Shown here: positions 22,284 to 32,071 of the stretch, in pieces
Position numbering within the stretch: the first letter of the stretch is position 1
Layout of the letters: each line of letters begins with the position of its first letter
From: Octopus bimaculoides
Lineage: Eukaryota
Assembly (NCBI RefSeq): GCF_001194135.2
Contig: NC_068984.1
Location: forward strand, 135,146,862-135,178,932
Direction: 5' to 3'
Length of the DNA: 32,071 nt
Notes under the pieces: model-generated
Database searches by the model: none
What the model was told of the DNA's origin: nothing
Seen by the model: only the letters and a program-made list of their open reading frames with translations
Program-made: the position numbers and the translations under genes

Positions 22284-22465
22284 TAAGGCGGTGAAGTAGT
22301 AGAGTTATTAGCGCGTCGAACAAAGTGCTTCGTGGTATTCTTTCCGTTTCTTTTCATTCCGAGTTCAATGTCACACAACTGAGCCTTGCTTTTCGACGTT
22401 CCGGCTTCGATATATTACAGGATTAGTAAAAAAAATGGGATTGATGTAAGCGATTTGCCAAAATT
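22284..22465 (+). mobile_element. SINE family A, degenerate
   Basis: TAAGGCGGTGAAGTAGTAGAGTTATTAGCGCGTCG...TTCCGAGTTCAA...GCCTTGCTTTTC...GATTGATGTAAGCGA. Confidence 0.6.
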
Positions 22466-23063
22466 AGAAAGAAATTTTTAATCCGGTTCATGTGTTTTGA
22501 ATTCCAATCACGCAGAGATGAACCTGAACTTTCGTTTTCAAATAACTTTGGTTTTCCCTCAAGTTTCGGTTCTGCACCAAGTCTTATTCTTCAACATATT
22601 GAAATACCTCTTGTCACCACATTCAAAACAATATATACATATGCCGTTGACAGGATCATTAATTTCTCATTTGAATTCCTCCTATGCCAAATACGTCTCT
22701 TTTAACAGCAAAACATTATTACCACATTTACAGAAAGAAAATCAAACGTACCACAACCACAGGTCCTCTGAACACAAGCGGTGATCAGCTACAGTCCTCA
22801 GAGTCACTCAGACTGCTGGGATGTACAATCACTGACGCTCTTTCTTAGAGAAATTTCATCCTTATCGCACCTAAGATTGCACCAGAAACAGTAACATCCA
22901 TTTTCAAATTCGAAAGTATTTCAGGTGCCAGAAGCTGCTGAAATTCTCGTACCTAACAACAAGTCCATAATAATACATTAACATCAAGCAAGTTGCTATG
23001 GCTAACGTAAACTGACAATCTGGATCAAATCTGGAGATAGGCAATTGTATATACGTATGCATG

Positions 23064-23663
23064 TCTATTCAGCTTTATTTCAAGATTTCTTGTCAGCAGA
23101 GAAAGAGCCGGTTTCTAACCTAGATCCAAGGCTAATTCATAGAAATTTCAACAACATAAATAGAGTATTTGTGTATATATATATATATATATATATNNNN
23201 NNNNNNNNNNNNNNNNNNNNNNNNNNNNNNNNNNNNNNNNNNNNNNNNNNNNNNNNNNNNNNNNNNNNNNNNNNNNNNNNNNNNNNNNNNNNNNNNNNNN
23301 NNTATATGCACAGTATTCGAAGTCAGTGCATGTGCAGATTTGGGTGTTTTTTTATGTATGCATTCTCGTGCATATGTCTAGACATGCTAATATATAGTTA
23401 AATGATAAACTTCTGGGCAGTTTTACAAACTTTTACAGTTTCAGTGATGGATTAGATCAGTAGTCTTCGAATAAGCTTTCTCCTTTCGGGTTTTGAGAAA
23501 CCTAATTTCTCAAGATTGTTATTTAAGCTGGATGTTGCATATCCCGGTGCCCCAATGATTACAGGTTTAAACGTGGTCTTGTAGTATGCATAAAGTAACT
23601 GCAACTTTCTCAACAGTTAAGCGCGGGTATTTTCTTTTTCGGTGATCTTTAGCTTTATGTTAC
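23064..23663 (-). mobile_element. 3' end of a distinct RLE non-LTR family, interrupted by (TA)n and a gap in its 3'UTR
   Basis: The minus strand reads NIKLKITEKENTRA*LLRKLQLLYAYYKTTFKPVIIGAPGYATSSLNNNLEKLGFSKPERRKLIRRLLI*SITETVKVCKTAQKFII* (stop at 23398-23400). The PVIIG..G motif is typical of RLE C-termini. The 5' junction abuts (TACA)n. Confidence 0.8.
23172..23302. repeat. (TA)n plus gap 23197-23302, inside the RLE 3'UTR
   Basis: Direct reading. Confidence 0.9.
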
Positions 23664-23780
23664 GTATGTATGCATGTATGTATGTATGTATGTTTGTATG
23701 TATGTATGTATGTATGTATGTATGTTTGTATGTATGCATNNNNNNNNNNATGCATGTATGTATGTATGTATGTATGTATG

Positions 23781-23832
<52 letters not shown>

Positions 23833-23850
23833 TGTGTGTGTATGCATCTA
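23664..23850. repeat. (TATG)n/(TA)n/(TG)n with a 10-N gap at 23740-23749
   Basis: Direct reading. Confidence 0.95.
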
Positions 23851-24644
23851 TGTATATATATGTGGTTGATCAAAGAAACAAGAACACGAGAAGGAAATGT
23901 TTCCATCAAGGTGTGTTTAATTTCACGCTTGAAGACATGATACAAAAAGAAACGGTCTTCGAGGCTTCGGCCTTGAAATCTTCATCAAAAAAAGAAAACA
24001 AAAAATAAGGGTGAGCAGAGGGGAAAGAAAAGATTTAGAGGCCTGGTGCGGATGCAGTTCAATGGAAAGTAGTGATGATGAGTGGGAAATGTGAGGAGAT
24101 GTTTTTATACAAAGGAAAACATGGTTATACAGCAATTGGCAGGGTGTGACGAGTGGAGTAAGTGCAGTTTGGGGGCTGAGCGTGTGTGCACTCGAGTGGG
24201 ATGTGAATGTAGTAAACGTGAGAGTCAGGCGCAGAAACAGAGAAAGAGGGGAAGCAACGAAGAAAATTGTGTAGTAGGTAAATCGAAAAAATTAGATCAG
24301 GTTCAAGGAAAGAAAATGTTACAAGATATATAAAGATAGAAAATAATGATACAGGAAAAAATAGACACACGTACGAAGGACAATGTTGTAAAGTCAATAA
24401 AATGGAATTCGTTAGATTAAGCAGAAAGGCGTAGAGAATAGCTAAAATATAATTATATGTACAACACTTAGAAATTGTGGCAGGGAACTTGGTATTGGAA
24501 AAGGGATAAGTTGTAAACGGAAGATTATAGAGACGATATAAAAAGGAATGTTATTACCAAAAATATGTGAATAATGAACACTGGCACGTGAATATAATTT
24601 ACAAAAGTTGAGAGAAAAGTAACAGTAATGTTAATAGTCTTAAT

Positions 24645-25760
24645 ACACACACACGCACATACGTATATATATNNNNNNNNNNNNNNNNNNNNNNNNNNNN
24701 NNNNNNNNNNNNNNNNNNNNNNNNNNNNNNNNNNNNNNNNNNNNNNNNNNNNNNNNNNNNNNNNNNNNNNNNNNNNNNNNNNNNNNNNNNNNNNNNNNNN
24801 NNNNNNNNNNNNNNNNNNNNNNNNNNNNNNNNNNNNNNNNNNNNNNNNNNNNNNNNNNNNNNNNNNNNNNNNNNNNNNNNNNNNNNNNNNNNNNNNNNNN
24901 NNNNNNNNNNNNNNNNNNNNNNNNNNNNNNNNNNNNNNNNNNNNNNNNNNNNNNNNNNNNNNNNNNNNNNNNNNNNNNNNNNNNNNNNNNNNNNNNNNNN
25001 NNNNNNNNNNNNNNNNNNNNNNNNNNNNNNNNNNNNNNNNNNNNNNNNNNNNNNNNNNNNNNNNNNNNNNNNNNNNNNNNNNNNNNNNNNNNNNNNNNNN
25101 NNNNNNNNNNNNNNNNNNNNNNNNNNNNNNNNNNNNNNNNNNNNNNNNNNNNNNNNNNNNNNNNNNNNNNNNNNNNNNNNNNNNNNNNNNNNNNNNNNNN
25201 NNNNNNNNNNNNNNNNNNNNNNNNNNNNNNNNNNNNNNNNNNNNNNNNNNNNNNNNNNNNNNNNNNNNNNNNNNNNNNNNNNNNNNNNNNNNNNNNNNNN
25301 NNNNNNNNNNNNNNNNNNNNNNNNNNNNNNNNNNNNNNNNNNNNNNNNNNNNNNNNNNNNNNNNNNNNNNNNNNNNNNNNNNNNNNNNNNNNNNNNNNNN
25401 NNNNNNNNNNNNNNNNNNNNNNNNNNNNNNNNNNNNNNNNNNNNNNNNNNNNNNNNNNNNNNNNNNNNNNNNNNNNNNNNNNNNNNNNNNNNNNNNNNNN
25501 NNNNNNNNNNNNNNNNNNNTATATATATATATATTTATATATATGTTTATATACATACACACATAGAAATATATCTGTCACATACGTTTATAAATGTACA
25601 TATGGATGTACTTCTATGTATATACCTACATATATATATATATATGCATATATTATACATTTATACATACATCTTACTTTCTCTCCCTTTCTCTCTCTCT
25701 CAGTCACACGTATACCTATATGTACACATATATAGATTTTGTGTATGCACATGTGTAAAC
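24645..25760. repeat. CA/TA microsatellites around gap 24673-25519
   Basis: Direct reading. Confidence 0.9.
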
Positions 25761-25929
25761 CTGATCTTAATATATCACTATAATACATAAATAAATGACA
25801 AAGTAAAAAGACACTTGAAGCTAAAAGTAAACAGAGCATAACAGAAAAGAAAGGAAGAGTCTAATTCATGAGAATCTCACGTGGAAAAGGAGAATGTGTG
25901 ATCGATGATAAAAGAATATAGAAATGTTT

Positions 25930-28130
25930 GACGATACAGGCATTTGTATATTTATTTCAAAATATCAATAAGTGATATGTCACTTTAGAAACCATTAAAG
26001 ATATTATCTTTTATGTACCAGGCTTGCTTTCTCTGGCAAAGTGACATTCTCTGAAAAATTAGAACTTGTGGGCAAGCATGGCGGAGAGAACGGAAGCTGT
26101 GAAGTGAACAGATAAGTCAACAGAAAAGTTGTTATGCGGTTCCAAAGGTTTCATTGTTAATTGGATCAATATTGAAATGGATTAAAACAAAAGACATGAC
26201 GTGTCATTTTGAGAGTTTGGAAGAACCGAAGGTGCGCCAATAATATAGGCTGTGTTCTGTTTATAAATTTTGGTATGTTTGGAGGTTCAAGTTCAAATTC
26301 TAGCTGATTATACTTTGAACTTTGGGAAGTCTGGACGAATCTGAGGTCCACCAAACATAATGCATTGTGCGATTTTTTAAAATCAATATATATACTCAAA
26401 TTTCCAATTACACTAAGATAGATTTTGAATTTCATCTGTATCAAGTTACACATATAACAGTGAATAAATATAAATACGTTAACCAATGTAATTAATTGCA
26501 AATGCACTGTAGGACCAACACGGGCACTGTCCAGGATATTTGGATTACTTATCTGCTTTCAAACAGGAGCAGAGGGAATTACTTCATGTTGCACGTCATA
26601 TATAAAAGGAGAATTAAAATGAAATATTCAATAATGTACGAATATAGCAGGTTTCTTTTATCAGCTGGCGCGCTTTGAAATGTATATATACTCAAAGGAT
26701 TTGATCTGAGATCGTGGGTTGAAACCGAAGTGTGGAAAACTGACTTTAGGTATTCAAATCAAGATTAAATTCTTGAGAGTTGTGTATAGATTACGCGGTA
26801 CATAATTTGGTCAATATAATCACGTATTTATTCATATTCTTTAGTTCACCAGGCTAAACCTTTCAAGACATATAGATATGTTTATTCACCAGAGAACACA
26901 TCCATGCTTCTGTAGTTTGATTTTATCTTAGATCAATCAACAATCCTCGCGCTATAGAATATGCGTACTGCCCACCACTTAGTTTGAATTTTCTTCGGCT
27001 TGCAATGAAAGGCTAGATACACACCAGGATGTTGAGGAATATCAACATCTCATATACCCAACCCCAACATCGGGTCGTTATTACTTTTTGTCATTATATA
27101 ATTTGCTTTATGTTGACACTTCTATGGTCTCCACATTTTTTCATTTTTCACTGGTAAAATAAAAGCAATTGTTTTCAATGTTAAGTATAAAGCCAACAAT
27201 ATATTGACATTCTTATTTAGAGCACAGGTGTCTATCTGAATCAAAGTTTAGAATCTCACCTGTTTAAAATTTTACGTCAAGTTGGATTGCATATCATGAT
27301 GTAATTATTTACGACTATATAAAATAAAAAATCTACCGAAACAACTGTGGGAAATTTTGAACGACATTTGTATTTACTGTTCTATTTCTACGCCACTCCA
27401 GGTATTCACTGGTGAGTCGAGTCTAAGGTTTTAAATGGGATTCGATACTTTAAGTCTACAACGTGGTTTTATTTCCCTCTGAGACCTATTTGATCGTATC
27501 TAGACATTTCAAGCGTCGTATATGTTGATGTGCCACAAGAATCATAATAACTAAGTTGTATATCATTGTTTCAATGCTTTGTTTATAGATTAATGAAATG
27601 ACACGAACCCTTTTGAGTGAAGTTTTCGTTTTGTATGTAAGCGCTTTCGTTGTTAAATTTTCCAAAGACACAAGAGGTAAATACTCTATTCGGGAGTAGA
27701 TGTTTTAGGAATGATGTCGAATACTTCTGGTTTAGTTTCGAATAAATAATTCTCTTAATGTTTTATATATATAAGAAAATATAAACAGTTTGCATAAAAG
27801 TTTTAATATAGAAGGTAAAATAAATTCAGAATTGACTATAAGCATATATAGAGAAAGAATTTGTAGACAGTATTTAATAGGAGAAAGCATGTATTGCTTT
27901 GTCAAAGGTTCATCAGAAACCACAATTGTTGATAGGAATTTAGTGGAATGAACAAATGTTTTTCTTCATGCCTCGTCTTCTATCTGAGTTTTGCAAGGAT
28001 GGTTGCTATTTTTAGGTATAATATGGGAGGTTGGCTGGAAGGAAGCAGTCACATGATCTGATTTCGAATAGTTTGTTGAATCAAAAGGATTTTTTTGTTT
28101 CTTGGCTAGACTGTTATTGGTAGGTGGTTA
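25930..28130 (-). mobile_element. Probable ancient Penelope-like element (N-terminal region and RT), heavily decayed
   Basis: Minus-strand remnants occur in the order expected for Penelope-like elements (PLEs): FLSTIVVSDEPLTK..LSP / LRELF; NLT...SLK..VI...LVIM; ISNPN....R.GPT; F.....NIP; HVFCFN; FGTA*; AWYIKDNIF. Each match alone is weak, and the call rests on their collinearity. Confidence 0.5.
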
Positions 28131-28249
28131 TTCGACAGGTCTTAGAGTTCAAGATGGTGTGAGTGTATGTGTGTTTGTGTGTCTGCATGCACGGTTCTAT
28201 TTATCATCACCAAACGTCCAAAGGGACACATAGCTTTTCAGTAGAAATA

Positions 28250-28293
28250 TGTATATATGTACGATTATACATATATATGTACGTATGTACATA

Positions 28294-28331
<38 letters not shown>

Positions 28332-28645
28332 TATTTATAAGCATACAGGTAAGGTCTGAGCAAATTTACTGCATTGGGTACTCGGTCTAATAATCAAAAA
28401 TATGGAATTCGAATAATTGTGTATATACTTATATGAATACGCGCGCTCGCACACACGCACACACACACACACACATACACATACACACACACACATGTGT
28501 ATACAGGCACACGTGCACACACAAGCATATATGTGTATATATATATATATATATAGATAAATATATATACATCATATATATATAATCATGCACCATGAAT
28601 TTTCGATATATTTGCACGCTCACACACACACATAAATATACATAC

Positions 28646-28705
<60 letters not shown>

Positions 28706-28715
28706 GTACATATAT
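28250..28715. repeat. Compound TA/CA/CATA microsatellite tract
   Basis: Direct reading. Confidence 0.9.
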
Positions 28716-29499
28716 AAAGTTATGCTTGAACCAATAGAGTATAAACATGAAAATCACATGAGCAATAAGAAAAAAAGAAATAGACATCTCTCCGTTTCTC
28801 ATCAATATCATCTCTCCCCACCACCATTATCATCAATATAGCGCAAAAACAAAAGCAACAATATAACAACCTAAACACCAATACTACAACAATAATAACA
28901 TCACAACAATAACAAAATAAACCATTAGAAAGCAAATACTAAGTGAAACAACAACAACAACAACAACAAAATGCAAGCATAAAGTTATAATAGAAACTTC
29001 AGTTGAAGTGCGATGAGCAAACTTGACGCCTTTCTCTCTCTGTGTATTCAGAATTAAGCAAGCAAACTACTGGTCAGGTTTTCGTTTCACCTCTCCCCGC
29101 AGCCTCAGCAATGGCTGCTGCTTTTAATTCTCGCTTCCGGCCTAACGAGTTTGCTTTCTTTTAAGATCAACTATCGATCGATTGCTATTGATTTTGGCTG
29201 TTGGCTACAGCGGCCATGTCTCTTGCTAGTGGCCTGGAACACTGGCGTTCCTATTTGTTTACTTTCTCTCTTTTTTCCTATCGTTCTCTATCGTTCTCTG
29301 TGTATATCCGACCCGCCATCCTCCAACTCCTTTGTTCGCTCTATGTTTACTTTTACCACTAACGTCAACAACGCCAGCACCATCACTATCTTAACTGCCA
29401 TAACATCAGCATCACCAGCGCCATCACCCGCTCCCTCCTCATCTTTGTCGAAGTATCTCCAGCCATATTATGTTATTTTCTTTTATCGCTATCAATATC

Positions 29500-30226
29500 G
29501 CACACACACACACACACATACACACACACACATATATGCATATATACATATATAACTATATATAAGTGTGTATGTATGTACATATGTTTGTAAGTGTGCA
29601 TGCATATATATATATANNNNNNNNNNNNNNNNNNNNNNNNNNNNNNNNNNNNNNNNNNNNNNNNNNNNNNNNNNNNNNNNNNNNNNNNNNNNNNNNNNNN
29701 NNNNNNNNNNNNNNNNNNNNNNNNNNNNNNNNNNNNNNNNNNNNNNNNNNNNNNNNNNNNNNNNNNNNNNNNNNNNNNNNNNNNNNNNNNNNNNNNNNNN
29801 NNNNNNNNNNNNNNNNNNNNNNNNNNNNNNNNNNNNNNNNNNNNNNNNNNNNNNNNNNNNNNNNNNNNNNNNNNNNNNNNNNNNNNNNNNNNNNNNNNNN
29901 NNNNNNNNNNNNNNNNNNNNNNNNNNNNNNNNNNNNNNNNNNNNNNNNNNNNNNNNNNNNNNNNNNNNNNNNNNNNNNNNNNNNNNNNNNNNNNNNNNNN
30001 NNNNNNNNNNNNNNNNNNNNNNNNNNNNNNNNNNNNNNNNNNNNNNNNNNNNNNNNNNNNNNNNNNNNNNNNNNNNNNNNNNNNNNNNNNNNNNNNNNNN
30101 NNNNNNNNNNNNNNNNNNNNNNNNNNNNNNNNNNNNNNNNNNNNNNNNNNNNNNNNNNNNNNNNNNNNNNNNNNNNNNNNNNNNNNNNNNNNNNNNNNNN
30201 NNNNNNNNNNNNNNNNNNNNNNNNNN

Positions 30227-30273
<47 letters not shown>

Positions 30274-30292
30274 GTATGTAAGTATGTATGTA
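29500..30292. repeat. CA/TA microsatellites around gap 29617-30226
   Basis: Direct reading. Confidence 0.95.
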
Positions 30293-31139
30293 TGGCATAT
30301 TATTCTACACCAGCTAGAGTAATTGTGATTTCTGCAGACAGCCAATGAACAGCTACGTTTTCTCACCATTATTTTTCTTTATTCTCGTTCCAGTCGTTGC
30401 ATCGACGTTCTTCGAGTTTCTCTTACAGTTTCTTCCCATGTTTTCTCATTGACCAGTGTCCTGGTTTTTTAAACGCGCATCAGAGTATGCACCGAACCTG
30501 AGAGATTGCATGGAGATACATAACATGTTATATAAAGCAGCCAAATTATTCTATCTCTTCTGCATGTAACTATTGGTAGCTCTGTCTTAAATTGTGCTTG
30601 CGTGTATATAAATATATGTGTATGAGTGAGTGTCTGTGTGTGTGTGTGTGATGTCAGTTGTGAAGACTCCCACAAGGCCTATTGCTAATATGGTATCTGG
30701 TACAATCTGTTGCAATGTCTGTTCGTAGGGAACTAAACCAGCGCCAGCAACAGACAAGTGTGGTGACGAGGAATGCTAGAATCTCATCAAGACTAGAAGC
30801 AAAGTGACGGACGAACCCAGTGAGTTTTGAACTGCTATTCAGGAATAATATTGATACTCAAATATTCCGGATACGTATCCGGATCAGTGGATGTTAAGCA
30901 TCACTTAGTCTTTTTTAAAGCATTTTACCAGAATGTCACACTGATTATTAAACCGGATACTTGAGCCTGCGGCACAAGGCACGTTGCCTCGGTTTGTCTC
31001 TTGTATTATGTCAGTAGTGTGGATGGGGCCTATGCAATATCATGGAAGCCTTATTGGGCGTAACATTTGGCACAGGCATTGGCTTTGTCAGTGACGGTCA
31101 TACTCATCGAAGATTCGATACCTATCAGTTACAAATGTT

Positions 31140-31141
<2 letters not shown>

Positions 31142-31175
<34 letters not shown>

Positions 31176-31215
31176 TAGATAGATAGATAGATAGATATAT
31201 AGATAGATAGATATA
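31142..31215. repeat. (TA)n(GATA)n microsatellite
   Basis: Direct reading. Confidence 0.95.
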
Positions 31216-31231
31216 CAAATGCACATGTTAC

Positions 31232-31315
31232 TTCGTTGATTAGGCCTATTGCAAGCCTGTTTTGCATCCTGGATTCTGAAGGAAGTAATTGTCCAAATAT
31301 CAATTGTATGAGTAT
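31232..31315 (-). other. Candidate 84-nt symmetric exon
   Basis: Acceptor CATTGTTTCCTTTTATAG| with a weaker donor GAA|GTAACA. Two frames are open (ILIQLIFGQLLPSESRMQNRLAIGLINE or THTIDIWTITSFRIQDAKQACNRPNQR). Confidence 0.25.
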
Positions 31316-32038
31316 CTATAAAAGGAAACAATGATCTCGCATGGACGATAGTGTCTCACAAGTGTTTAGTAAACCTTTGTGAAAAATATAGGGTGAGAAA
31401 CTAAGGAGTCCTGACATACACAAAGATAAGCACAAGATCATCGCAGTTTCTGTTAAATATATTCTTTATGTCAATACTAAATGATGAACATATAATGCAG
31501 GGAATGTTTTGTATGTTATGAAAGATACAAAACTTGAGAAAGTGATACTCAATTGTTTTAAATAATAACGATTTTGGCAAAAAGATCCCTGACTTAAGAA
31601 TGTAAAATGGAGCTGTGAAGATAGCTAAACTCTGGGAATCTATAAATTCGATGCTAGCGAATGATAATTACGGCAATTTAACCAAAGTGTTATTAGTTTG
31701 AATTTCTTGCTATGGTACTATATTCGTCTTTGCTCGCTGATAAGTTATGTAGCGAGACTTTTCTTTTGAATAAATGTTTGTATGGAATACAGATCCATCA
31801 ATATATCATATATTATATATTATATACGCATATGTTATATATACATGCATGCATAAATATAAATAAATACTCAGGCTCTCAGACAGATAGTAATGTTTGT
31901 TTATATGTCAAGTTGTATTTATAGAGAATTTCAGCATTTTAGAATTACTCAATAATTTTTTGTTATATGTTTATTGAATTTTACAAGAGGAGTGACAATG
32001 TGTTCCTAAGTCTTGGCATGCTGGCCTTCTTCAGACTG

Positions 32039-32041
<3 letters not shown>

Positions 32042-32071
<30 letters not shown>
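32042..32071. repeat. (TA)n at the window end
   Basis: Direct reading. Confidence 0.95.

Noticed and set aside
2951-22465. SINE heads as true tRNA genes, or spaced repeats as a CRISPR array
   Set aside because: The heads are dispersed, decayed, fused to a common body and have over-long A-B box spacing. No regular repeat-spacer array exists, and the DNA is eukaryotic.
22490-22784. Overlapping 71-aa and 95-aa plus-strand ORFs
   Set aside because: No recognisable domain or splice signals; lengths are compatible with chance.

Overview
This is AT-rich, microsatellite-saturated eukaryotic draft-assembly DNA with 8 N-gaps (about 2.7 kb). It is almost entirely intronic or intergenic, and no complete protein-coding gene can be supported. 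The SINE families and TA/CATA/TAA repeat style resemble those I recall from Octopus genomes; this taxon call is inference and was not checked. Content: (1) about 13 copies or fragments of one tRNA-head SINE (family A) and 2 of a second (family B), including a family A copy nested in family B with a 17-bp target-site duplication. (2) A dense cluster of decayed R4/Dong-clade non-LTR retrotransposon fragments (restriction-like endonuclease, RLE) at 14.2-21.6 kb, most abutting (TAA)n arrays, with one 132-bp inverted duplication. (3) A distinct RLE family abutting (TACA)n instead. (4) One probable and one weak Penelope-like fossil. (5) Several candidate minus-strand exons, the best being 9273-9383 with a possible start codon. 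Most ORFs in the supplied track are artefacts of microsatellites or N runs. I found no convincing novel biological system. The best leads are microsatellite-targeted RLE retroelements with possibly two target specificities, and a variable-copy internal cassette in SINE A. All family calls come from manual translation and motif recognition, with no database searches.
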